Positions 37,527-45,959 of a stretch of DNA of 64,000 nt are shown piece by piece. Source of the DNA: a virus. Lineage: Duplodnaviria; Caudoviricetes. Made by a program: the position numbers and the translations under genes. The notes beneath the pieces are model-generated. The model did not search any database and had not been told where the DNA came from. It saw only the letters and a program-made list of their open reading frames with translations. Each line of letters begins with the position of its first letter. The stretch's first letter is position 1. The DNA lies in the IMG/VR virus record IMGVR_UViG_3300037470_000569, positions 16,679 through 80,678 of that record. One strand, 5' to 3'.

Positions 37527-37571
37527 TTGGTTGCTGGATTTCCGATCGTTTCTTTCAGTCCCTCCACTCGG

Positions 37572-40106
37572 CTATCCACCCACGATAACGCTAGTCTTTG
37601 CTGCTGCTAATCCGTGTGTGAACCGTATGCCCAAGACTCGCATACCGCCATTAATGTTCTCCTTCCGGTATCCGAGCTCCACAAGACTCCGACCGAATTG
37701 TCGAACCGTCATCTCCTCACCTCGCTCAGTACGTCCTCGCCAAGCAGTGTAGACCTCGAACAATTCTCGCAACCGAACTGCTTTACCTTGCGTCTCCTCA
37801 CCACAAATAGCGTTCCAGTTAATGAGGCAGTGCATGAATTCCCGAACGCTGGATAGCCCGGATGCCTCATCATTCAGTTCGGTGGCTGCAAATTGGAATG
37901 CAGCCGGAACTTGATCGACTCCGAGTTCATACGCTCGACGAGCACCCGCGACCAGCTGAGCGAGGATGGCTCGGTGTACGCCCTCATCAACCATCATGGA
38001 GTTGCGGACTCGGACATCCTCACGACCCAGCACTGAGTGAAGAAACGGTACGACCTTGATCCGACGTCTCAGTGCGGGGTCCGCGTGCTTAATCACCGGG
38101 TCCTCATTGCAGATTAGGTAAAGCGTGAACTCAACAGCCCGCGTAAACTCGTTCTTATAAAGATCTCGAATGGTCAGCGTACCAGCACCTGCGAGCTCCT
38201 TGAGGTGATCACCGTGCAATTCCTTGTCAGCGCCTGCCTCCTCCACCGCAACAATTCGCTTCGTGACCGCACGAACAAGGTCAGTCCGTGGCCGTTCATT
38301 GGCGTGACCCCGCAGCACCGACGCCTGTGCTTTGCCGAAGTAATTACCTAGCACCCGCTGCTCGAGCAGGTCGAAAAGCAAACCCTTACCACTGGTGGAC
38401 TCGCCCTTAATGAACACAATCATCCGGAAATCATTGCCACCAATCATCCCGGCACCCAGTAGTCTCCACAACGCTTCCCAATGGTCATCCTCGGGGAAGA
38501 ACGTCTGGCGGTAGAGATCCAGTAGGTCGTGCTGGGCGTCGGCGACATACGGCACTGCTGTCATACGTGTGATCAAATCTCGACGGTCGTGTTCGCGCAG
38601 CTCACCGGTCGTCAGGTCAAACGTGCCATTCGGAAAGTTCACCAGCAGTCGATTAGCGTCAAGCCGGTGATCATCGACGACCGCGAAGTCCTGGGCGTGC
38701 TCCAGTATCCGCTTCTGATTCGTCAGCGTCTTCAATGCTCGAACACGAGCTCGTAAGACATCGACCTCATCGCCCGGATCACCAAGACCGGATGCTATCT
38801 GCGCTCGCTGATCGATGTCATCAGTGAACCTATGAAGAACGTGACGAACAAAGAGTACGTCCTCAACCCAGTGAGTACCGTCGAAGTGATGCCAGTCACT
38901 ACGTCGCGTCCAGAGCACTTGATCATCGAAGCGCTGGGCGAACTCGAAGGCATTCGTACGATCGGTGTTATCGAGACTGAATGGCGGAGGCGGAGGTGGT
39001 GGTTCATTTGACGTCGGAGGTTCGTCACCACCACCACCTCCACTACCTTCATCATCTTCACTTCCACCTTCGATCAATCGCAGCCTCGGTCGTCCAACAG
39101 GTTCAGGCTCTGCTTCCACAGTCTGCTCTGTCTCACGCCTCGGTGTGTATTGGGGGAGATCAGTTGTGTTAAGTGATGAACCCGCCGGCTTTAGCTTCGC
39201 TTCTTCCCACTTATCAATGGCATCTTGATCAGTCCAGGGCCAGGACGCATCACTCACAGTGAAGCCACGTACTCCCTTAATCAAACAATCCAATGCCTCT
39301 TCATCACTGAAATCACGGGTACGGGCACTATGTGCTGCGCTCACTAGAGCATCGTGCTGCTCACCAGCTTCCACCGCTCCCGGCGTCAGGAACCACAACC
39401 AATCGAACTTCGTACCGAAGCCGTGATCTCCAGACCCATTACTCATACTGGCCAGCTGACCAACACGACCTTGTCGCTTACGCTCAACGAGACCTTCGAG
39501 AAACCAAGCGGGGGCTTTGGGGATCTGCCTAATGTCGTTCATAAACTCATATGAACGATTCTTTTCAGCGATATATGTTGGTGGAAGGCAGGTAAAGCCA
39601 CCGTCACCTAGGATGTCCACACCCGGGAGCCACTTAATCCATCGCTTAACGACGAGTCCCTCAGGTATGCGAAACCAGAGGTGAAAGCCTCCACTTGGTG
39701 TACGCACCAGTGGTGCATCGGGCAACTCCTGCCCATCATTCGCTCGCTCTGCTCGCCATGCTTCCCAGGAGATATCTCCTGACTGATGTTTGGTATCGAC
39801 ATCGACGATGAGAAGTCGACTTCTACTGCCGGTGATGATGCCGATGCCATTTCTCACTGAACCCCGCGGATCACCATCACCCCAGCATTTCTCAACCCAC
39901 TCCTCAGAGCATTCACCAGCCCAGGACATCATACCTGACCCACCAGGCCCAAGCAGCGCGCGTTCTGGGTGTTCCTTCGAGCTGTGGTGCATCTTAATAC
40001 CCGGCCACAGTGGAATCAATACAAGCCCGGTGCGCTGATACGCCCGGGCCCATTCTAGGTTAGAGTAAACTCCATCGCCGGATCCGTTCGAGTTCGAGCT
40101 CGCCAC
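37572..40106 (-). CDS. Prim-Pol (AEP) + D5_N + SF3 helicase, P4-family primase-helicase
   Basis: IVDVD, RTPSGGFHLWF, DILGDGG; NFPNGTFDL; GESTSGKG, VEE, ICN. Confidence 0.9.
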   Translation of the reverse strand: MASSNSNGSGDGVYSNLEWARAYQRTGLVLIPLWPGIKMHHSSKEHPERALLGPGGSGMMSWAGECSEEWVEKCWGDGDPRGSVRNGIGIITGSRSRLLIVDVDTKHQSGDISWEAWRAERANDGQELPDAPLVRTPSGGFHLWFRIPEGLVVKRWIKWLPGVDILGDGGFTCLPPTYIAEKNRSYEFMNDIRQIPKAPAWFLEGLVERKRQGRVGQLASMSNGSGDHGFGTKFDWLWFLTPGAVEAGEQHDALVSAAHSARTRDFSDEEALDCLIKGVRGFTVSDASWPWTDQDAIDKWEEAKLKPAGSSLNTTDLPQYTPRRETEQTVEAEPEPVGRPRLRLIEGGSEDDEGSGGGGGDEPPTSNEPPPPPPPFSLDNTDRTNAFEFAQRFDDQVLWTRRSDWHHFDGTHWVEDVLFVRHVLHRFTDDIDQRAQIASGLGDPGDEVDVLRARVRALKTLTNQKRILEHAQDFAVVDDHRLDANRLLVNFPNGTFDLTTGELREHDRRDLITRMTAVPYVADAQHDLLDLYRQTFFPEDDHWEALWRLLGAGMIGGNDFRMIVFIKGESTSGKGLLFDLLEQRVLGNYFGKAQASVLRGHANERPRTDLVRAVTKRIVAVEEAGADKELHGDHLKELAGAGTLTIRDLYKNEFTRAVEFTLYLICNEDPVIKHADPALRRRIKVVPFLHSVLGREDVRVRNSMMVDEGVHRAILAQLVAGARRAYELGVDQVPAAFQFAATELNDEASGLSSVREFMHCLINWNAICGEETQGKAVRLRELFEVYTAWRGRTERGEEMTVRQFGRSLVELGYRKENINGGMRVLGIRFTHGLAAAKTSVIVGG

Positions 40107-40203
40107 TAGTCACGCTCCCAGCATCCGCAATCGCGTCCGTGATTACGAGCGCAGTTTGCGCGTCGTGATGAAGTTTTACGTTCTTCAGGCGTTAAACTTT
40201 CGT

Positions 40204-40518
40204 TCAGCACCCGAATACCTGTTGGTCCTGCGTGAAGACGACTGTTCCTTCATAGACTGCTCGATCGACATCGAGATGCGCACGATGTTTCGGATCTGTT
40301 ATTCTCTCACGTTTCCATTGATACCAGCACACACGTGAACAATATGCTCCACGAGCAGTGAATTCACGATCACATGTACGACAAATCTTAATGTGTTGAT
40401 TCCAGGTAAGCCACTCATTCGGATGCTTACATTTGATGTGCATACCGAGAGGTCCCGGTGTACACATGAAATCACAGAATGGGCACTTAACCCGAATGAA
40501 GCGTCCATCGGAAGACAT
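40204..40518 (-). CDS. Zinc-finger protein
   Basis: CPFC...HIKCKH (C2H2) and CRTC...YCSRVC; RBS GGAGAG. Confidence 0.6.
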   Translation of the reverse strand: MSSDGRFIRVKCPFCDFMCTPGPLGMHIKCKHPNEWLTWNQHIKICRTCDREFTARGAYCSRVCWYQWKRERITDPKHRAHLDVDRAVYEGTVVFTQDQQVFGC

Positions 40519-41143
40519 GAGCTCTCCAGCCCAAGGCTTCGCGGTACTCCAAGCCAATAGTCAGCCCCCACGTGCTCCCACACGTAAGGCCGTGTCGTGA
40601 GTATCGATCTAGTCGACCGCTCATCGCCACGGGCCCAGGTCTCGTTCGAGCAACCTTCACTCCGTGTCCCATTAGAAGTTCAATGTGTCTACGCTGAGAC
40701 CCCAGCTGGGTCAAACCGTACGGTAGCACCTGAGTCACCGCCTCGACCGCTTCGACCACCGTTTGATAGCCACTCTCGATCCTCCTCCTTGGACCAACTA
40801 CACAGCGCTTTCTTCTTGTGCGATCAACGGCTCGACACCAGGCAACCGTGATATAGTCAACCTCGTAACCACGCAGGACCGGACGTTGCGCAACCCTCTC
40901 CCCCAGGGCGGCTCGACAAATCCCCCTCTCCCCGCCGAGCCCGCCGGCGTCCGGTCCGCGAGGACAAAGTTCTTGAGTCTGAAACCCCAAGCCGCCCGCA
41001 CGGGGTGGATGAAGAGGCAGTCGTGGAGGGTCGTCCTGGAAATTTCACGGTCTTCGAGGAAGTGAAGCGCCCCAGGATCGCGAGATCGCCGGCCCTCTAC
41101 GACGCTCAAGTCAACTCATCGAGTATCACTTTGCGGAATTTGG

Positions 41144-41172
41144 TTGACTCAACGGTACGACTCAGTTAGATT
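41144..41172 (+). promoter_or_regulatory. SigA-type promoter for the Y RNA-ro60 operon
   Basis: TTGACT-N17-TAGATT. Confidence 0.7.
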
Positions 41173-41331
41173 GACACTTGCGAAACTTTGGGTCCGATCG
41201 GTTCGGTACTCGCCCTGGCAGTTTGGGTCGCTCCTCTGTTATGAGTAAGTATTAACTGATCACAACCCACTGGGGTTTCCTTCTCTCACCGAAAGGTGCG
41301 GCTGGTTGCAACGGCTTCAGTGGGAAGTTCT

Positions 41332-41395
41332 TTGCTCGGGTCGAAGGCATTCGGTTATCGGAGAAACACCGGCCGCCACGCACTTACTCGAGTAA
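41332..41395 (+). ncRNA. Short Y RNA-like gene A (no tRNA-like domain)
   Basis: Terminal stem CTCGGGT/ACTCGAG with GTCGAAG on the 5' strand and ACTTAC on the 3' strand. Confidence 0.7.
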
Positions 41396-41403
41396 CCCTT
41401 TTG

Positions 41404-41533
41404 CAGTTGGGTCGAATGAAGTCGATTACCACTTCTAATGGGGTTGTACCGGTTCGAGTCCGGTCGGCGGGCAACCGCCCGTAGCTTAATTGGCAGAGCA
41501 CCTAAACGTCGATTTCTCAAACTTACTCAACTG
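41404..41533 (+). ncRNA. yrlA: YrlA-type Y RNA B with permuted tRNA-like domain
   Basis: CAGTTGGGT/ACTCAACTG stem with GTCGAA; T arm ACCGG-TTCGAGT-CCGGT, capped acceptor GGCGG-GCAA-CCGCC, D arm GCTT-AATTGGCA-GAGC. Confidence 0.85.
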
Positions 41534-41560
41534 ACTCTCGGGTCAATAACACAGTTCGTC

Positions 41561-41633
41561 CGCCTAGGTCGAAGCACGTCGGTTATCTCTCTTTATCAGT
41601 GAACAAACCGGCACGTACCAACTTACTTAGGCG
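41561..41633 (+). ncRNA. Short Y RNA-like gene C
   Basis: CGCCTAGGT/ACTTAGGCG stem, GTCGAAG, CGGTT/AACCG, ACTTAC. Confidence 0.7.
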
Positions 41634-41643
41634 ATCCCATCTG

Positions 41644-41776
41644 GTCTCAGGCCGAAGATTGTCGGTTACCCGGCACCGCTCATGTAGGTTCGACTCCTGC
41701 CGCTCCGACTAACATCGGGGTGTCGTCCAACGGTAGGACGGCGGTTTATATCGGCTGTCACACACTTGCCTGAGGC
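41644..41776 (+). ncRNA. yrlA: YrlA-type Y RNA D with permuted tRNA-like domain
   Basis: GTCTCAGGC/GCCTGAGGC stem with GCCGAAG; T arm GTAGG-TTCGACT-CCTGC, acceptor hairpin, D arm GTCC-AACGGTA-GGAC. Confidence 0.85.
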
Positions 41777-41824
41777 TAGAAACAACTAAGACACATAACC
41801 TCACATTTGAGGTCGAAAGGAGAT

Positions 41825-43528
41825 ATGATGACGGATCCACTCCGCAGCTTCTCAACGCGGTCCACCCCGCAGACCCGGCGCGATCCGACGCGATCTGATC
41901 AGGTTCGCAACTCAGCTGGAGGCTATGTCTTCCAGGTCGATGAGTGGTCACGCCTTCGGCGTTTCCTTGTGCTGGGTACAGATGGTGGTACTTACTACGC
42001 CACCGAGGCTGCTCTGACGCTGGAGAACGCGCAGTTCGTAGTCAAGCTCGTGAACCGCGATCGTGAGACCGGTTTGCGCGTCGTCGAGGAGTTGCGGATC
42101 GTCTCTCTCGAGAACATCGCACCTCGTCAGAAGCCGACGCTCTTCACGCTCGCGATTGCCGCTAGCGCGTCCGACGCCGTCGTGCGTCGTGCCGCACTCG
42201 ATGCGCTTCCCGAGATCTGCCGCACGGGAACGATGCTCTTCAACTTCATCGGGTACGTGCAGCAGTTCCGTGGTTGGGGTCCGTCACTTCGCAAGGCGGT
42301 TGCCCGCTGGTACACCGAGAAGCCGATCGATCGACTTGCTTTGCAGGTCGTGAAGTATCGGCAGCGTGACGGCTGGAGCCACCGTGATCTTCTACGGAAA
42401 GCTCACCCCACGACGACTGATCCGGCACGTGATGCGCTCTTTAAGTGGATCACGCATCGCAATGAATTCTGGACGACGCACGGTGACTGGACCGTCGAGA
42501 CGACGCACGGTGACTGGACCGTCGAGCTGCCCGATCTCGTGCTTGGCTTTGAGAACCTCTCACACGTCGCGTCACTGAAGCCGCGCGGAGTCGTAGCCTC
42601 GATTCAGGACTCGAATCTTCCGTGGGAGGCCGTGCCCGACGAGTATCTGCGGATGCCCGAGGTGCTGGAGGCGCTCATCCCGAACATGGGACTGACCGCC
42701 CTCACCCGGCAGTTCGGTCGCATCGCCTCAACTGGTCACATGACGCCGGGTTCCTCACTCGAGAAGCTCGTGCTGAAGCGACTCCACGTACCGAGTGCCG
42801 GCGATGAGAAGTTCATCGGTCAGTTCCTCGCGAAGAACTCGAACGCGTATGTCCAGTCACGGGTGCATCCCTTCCAGATGCTGCTCGCGATGACGACCTA
42901 CCAGGCCGGACACGGTGTGAAGGGGAAGCTCAACTGGAAGCCTACCAGTCGCATCGTAGATGCTCTGGATGCTGGTTTCTACGCCGCCTTTGGGTCTGTA
43001 CCCAAGTCCGATAAGCGGACGCTAGTGGCACTGGATGTCTCGGGTTCGATGGGCTGGGGCAACCTACTCAACACACACATCACGCCTCGAGTCGCGTCCG
43101 CCGCTATGGCGCTCATCACTCTACGCGCCAACGCCGATGTGCAGGTCACGGCATTCAGTCACAAGCTCATCCCCATCGACATCTCGCCGCGCCAGCGTCT
43201 GGATGACGTAGTGCGTAAGGTCTCAGGACTCGCGTTCGGTGGAACCGACTGTGCGCTGCCGATGGTGTATGCGCTTGAGAACAGACTTGAGATCGACACG
43301 TTCGTCGTGTACACCGACAACGAGACGTGGGCAGGTTCAGTCCATCCCGCTCAGGCACTTCGTCTGTATCGTGATAAGGTCAACCCGAACGCACGGCTCG
43401 CCGTCGTCGGTATGACCGCCACGGACTTCACGATCGCTGACCCGACCGACCCCGGCCAGTTGGACGTGGTTGGATTCGACGGTTCGGCACCGCGCGTCCT
43501 CCAGGACTTTAGCGAGGGCGTGCTATAA
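41825..43528 (+). CDS. rsr: Ro60/Rsr RNA-binding protein (TROVE + vWA)
   Basis: NSAGGYVF, RFLVLGTDGGTYY, KYRQRDGWSHRDLLRKAHP, MIDAS DVSGSM, TDNETW, VVGFD. Confidence 0.95.
   Translation: MMTDPLRSFSTRSTPQTRRDPTRSDQVRNSAGGYVFQVDEWSRLRRFLVLGTDGGTYYATEAALTLENAQFVVKLVNRDRETGLRVVEELRIVSLENIAPRQKPTLFTLAIAASASDAVVRRAALDALPEICRTGTMLFNFIGYVQQFRGWGPSLRKAVARWYTEKPIDRLALQVVKYRQRDGWSHRDLLRKAHPTTTDPARDALFKWITHRNEFWTTHGDWTVETTHGDWTVELPDLVLGFENLSHVASLKPRGVVASIQDSNLPWEAVPDEYLRMPEVLEALIPNMGLTALTRQFGRIASTGHMTPGSSLEKLVLKRLHVPSAGDEKFIGQFLAKNSNAYVQSRVHPFQMLLAMTTYQAGHGVKGKLNWKPTSRIVDALDAGFYAAFGSVPKSDKRTLVALDVSGSMGWGNLLNTHITPRVASAAMALITLRANADVQVTAFSHKLIPIDISPRQRLDDVVRKVSGLAFGGTDCALPMVYALENRLEIDTFVVYTDNETWAGSVHPAQALRLYRDKVNPNARLAVVGMTATDFTIADPTDPGQLDVVGFDGSAPRVLQDFSEGVL
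42473..42526 (+). repeat. Perfect 27-bp tandem duplication inside ro60
   Basis: ACGACGCACGGTGACTGGACCGTCGAG twice, encoding TTHGDWTVE twice. Confidence 0.9.
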
Positions 43529-43547
43529 GAAAAGAAGTAGAGTTCAC

Positions 43548-43739
43548 GGGCGTCTCTGCGGAAGGGAAGGCAGAAGACAACTTGGTGTCATAGGCTGTTG
43601 AACTGTCCTAACCGAAAGGCTAACTCGTCAGACCCGAGGGACGCTGAGGTAAGTGAATCCCGGGTATACACGGGAAGGGTAGCGGGGAGACTAAGCCAAG
43701 TTAATGGTTCCGTCGGTTCGAGTCCGGCGACGCCCACTA
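43548..43739 (+). ncRNA. 189-nt tRNA-shaped RNA with an insertion of about 108 nt in place of the anticodon loop
   Basis: GGGCGTC/GACGCCC-A, D-like TCTGC/GCAGA, AACTTGGT/GCCAAGTT, T arm GTCGG-TTCGAGT-CCGGC. Confidence 0.75.
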
Positions 43740-44195
43740 AAGAAACCTAGGAACCCTAGGCATGTGATACGTATCGTCGGACACTGTAGTGGCCACTATT
43801 GTTCGAAGCGTGTCCTTTACCGGGGTTGTGAGTCGTGTAGCAGGTAAGAGTCGGAAGTGTGAAGCTGCATAGCTTCCGATCGCTCACTCGATCGCAAGTT
43901 GAAGTTTTAAGATCTCGAGAGTTGATTACACACTTTACAACCCAAATAAGCACTCCCACGGAGCACGACTCTGGATGAGTGATGAGGGATTGTGAGTATG
44001 CTATGTAGCTTTATCCGACGAGTGTGGTGGCTTGGGCCCACCTCGAGGAGCGTGCACCGAGCCGTTGAGAGTCCTTCATCTTTCGGAGAGGTGAGGGACT
44101 CTCCGGCCGGTGCTGTTGCAACTGAGAGAAACACAACGGTGTAGACTACGACTAACACAACACGTTCGATACTCCATCTCAACAGAGGGAACACC

Positions 44196-44786
44196 GTGAG
44201 AGAGCATACTTACAGTCAAGATTGGGTCCTGCGCGATTACGACTTCGATCGGCATCTCATGAAGATGGTGTCGTTCCACGGTCATAAGATCGGTTCAGCA
44301 TCCAGTTGCGCATCCGAGCACGATCATGAAGCCGGTCGGACCGCACAACGCGGCGAGCGTTGCTCGGCATGTCGTTGGCTCGAGGTTCGCATCTACGTCG
44401 ACGAGAACGCTCGTAAGAGTCGTGCTCGTGAGTCCGGTGTCGAAGGTGGTGGTTACGTCCTCGAGACAATCGGTCGTTCGGTCGTCGACGGGGAACATGA
44501 TCGTTACCGCACCCGGATGTTCCATGATCCATTCCTCATCATTGCCAAGCTGACGAAGCGGATCCAGGACTCGACGTTCTTGCCGATCGTTGCTCAGGAA
44601 GCGCTGGAGGAAGCAGCTGAGCGTGATGAAGCGTTGGCCAAACTCCTCGAGACGTTGAGCTACGGGCCACATGAGGTTCGCTACTCCGATGCACGTGATG
44701 CGGAAGCTCACTCAGTGATCGAAGACTCCGACGATGAAGTCGACGAGTACAATCTCGTGGATCCCAAGCTCGGTCGCGTGAGTTAA
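44196..44786 (+). CDS. Conserved phage hypothetical protein
   Basis: CSACRWLEVRIY motif; RBS GAGGG. Confidence 0.65.
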   Translation: MREHTYSQDWVLRDYDFDRHLMKMVSFHGHKIGSASSCASEHDHEAGRTAQRGERCSACRWLEVRIYVDENARKSRARESGVEGGGYVLETIGRSVVDGEHDRYRTRMFHDPFLIIAKLTKRIQDSTFLPIVAQEALEEAAERDEALAKLLETLSYGPHEVRYSDARDAEAHSVIEDSDDEVDEYNLVDPKLGRVS

Positions 44787-44796
44787 GACCCGGAAC

Positions 44797-45123
44797 ATGC
44801 TTGAAGGCATGGGTCCGGATCAACCGATAATCATCGCCGAGAACGGCGCGGGGCAGAGTGATATTCCATATCGTATGGATCTTCTCGATGCACGCGCATT
44901 GATGGCTGCAGCTCAGGTGCTACACACAGGTGCTGAGAAGTATGGCGCAGGTAACTGGCGCGATCTTCCCATACGTGATCACTTGAATCATATGCTTGCT
45001 CACGCATTTGCTTACCTTGCAGGCGATGATCAAGATGATCATCTATCGCATGTGCTGTGTCGTGCACTGTTTGCGCTAGGATGTGAACTAGATGGGAAAA
45101 AACTTGAGTTAGAAAGCGAATGA
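44797..45123 (+). CDS. DUF5664 dATP/dGTP diphosphohydrolase-like (MazG-fold)
   Basis: RMDLLD, LHTGAEKYGAGNWR, DHL.H..C...F. Confidence 0.8.
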   Translation: MLEGMGPDQPIIIAENGAGQSDIPYRMDLLDARALMAAAQVLHTGAEKYGAGNWRDLPIRDHLNHMLAHAFAYLAGDDQDDHLSHVLCRALFALGCELDGKKLELESE

Positions 45124-45126
45124 AAT

Positions 45127-45447
45127 ATGAGGGTTGCGGACGTCGAAGTCGGTGACTACATTCTCATACCTTTCACTGTGCGTGCGAGTTTACCACCCAA
45201 TCGCACACCACGTGTCGAGGGTTGGCATCAAGTTCAAGTCATCGAAGTCAGATCTCATGGTCGTCTATTCGTTGAAGAAGCGCATTGGGTGTATGCACAG
45301 CCAACTTCCAGAGAACTCGAAGTCTATAGCAGGTATACCAACTGGATCTTAAGTGCGCCTAAGAAGGCCGTGTACTCGCCGCTCCGATATGAAGTTGCTT
45401 CACGTAGTTGCCGACCGTGTTTATGTGCTACGGTTTCAGTAGCTTAG
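45127..45447 (+). CDS. Hypothetical protein
   Basis: ORF track. Confidence 0.45.
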   Translation: MRVADVEVGDYILIPFTVRASLPPNRTPRVEGWHQVQVIEVRSHGRLFVEEAHWVYAQPTSRELEVYSRYTNWILSAPKKAVYSPLRYEVASRSCRPCLCATVSVA

Positions 45448-45474
45448 ACATTAAAGAAACTAGGAGTTGAGCAA

Positions 45475-45576
45475 ATGTTCGGATGGATTATCATCACCGC
45501 GATCATCTGCTACACCGCTTATCGAATCGCCGAATTGCGATTCGAGTATTGCCTCCGCAGTCAAAGAAGAAGATGA
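45475..45576 (+). CDS. Small membrane peptide (33 aa)
   Basis: RBS AGGAG; one TM segment. Confidence 0.45.
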   Translation: MFGWIIITAIICYTAYRIAELRFEYCLRSQRRR

Positions 45577-45591
45577 TCCCAAGGAGCTAGG

Positions 45592-45957
45592 ATGAATTGT
45601 CATAAGATTCTGCAGTGTGCCGCAGCAGCGACCTTCGCCGGAACCATGCTGGTCAGTTGCGGCTCGAGCGTCGACTCGTGGGAGCAGGTGACTGTCACGA
45701 GCAAGGAGCGGACCTGCTTCAAGTCGAACGATTGTCGGTACATGGTGTACACCGACAAGGAGAACTTCGAGATCACCGACCAGTGGAACGGTCGGAAGAA
45801 CTCGAGTGACGTCTATGGAAAGCTTCAGGTCAACAAGACCTACCGCTTCCACGTCATTGGCTACCGAGATCCGAATCGGACGAAGTTCCGTAACATCGTC
45901 GAGATCAACGAGGTCACCACGAGCACACTGTCTGGTGTGACGATCACGTCGAGGTAA
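45592..45957 (+). CDS. Putative lipoprotein
   Basis: Lipobox LVSC; RBS AAGGAG. Confidence 0.65.
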   Translation: MNCHKILQCAAAATFAGTMLVSCGSSVDSWEQVTVTSKERTCFKSNDCRYMVYTDKENFEITDQWNGRKNSSDVYGKLQVNKTYRFHVIGYRDPNRTKFRNIVEINEVTTSTLSGVTITSR

Positions 45958-45959
45958 TC

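Noticed and set aside
40487-41109. ORFs 40487-40990 and 40798-41109
   Set aside because: Arg/Gly-rich, overlapping in several frames, with no convincing RBS or motifs.
41448-41745. Ordinary tRNA genes from the TTCGA T-loops
   Set aside because: The T arm precedes the D arm (permuted order) and the acceptor stem is capped by a loop.
41332-41776. CRISPR array (repeated GGTCGAAG...ACTTAC units)
   Set aside because: Units differ in length and sequence, fold as Y RNA stems and lie beside ro60. No cas1/cas2 is present, and the Cas4-like gene is a stand-alone phage exonuclease.
43548-43739. tmRNA, or tRNA with a functional group I intron
   Set aside because: No G3.U70 and no tag ORF; too short; no P7 partner, P8 or P9; no splice gives a canonical anticodon loop.
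43760-44195. Hammerhead-like RNA (CTGGATGAG) or ORF 43907-44194
   Set aside because: The CUGAUGA/GAAA core cannot be assembled; the ORF opposes operon direction and has weak support.
44797-45123. 2-aminoadenine (Z) genome pathway
   Set aside because: A DUF5664-like protein alone is not enough; no PurZ or DatZ is recognisable in the window.
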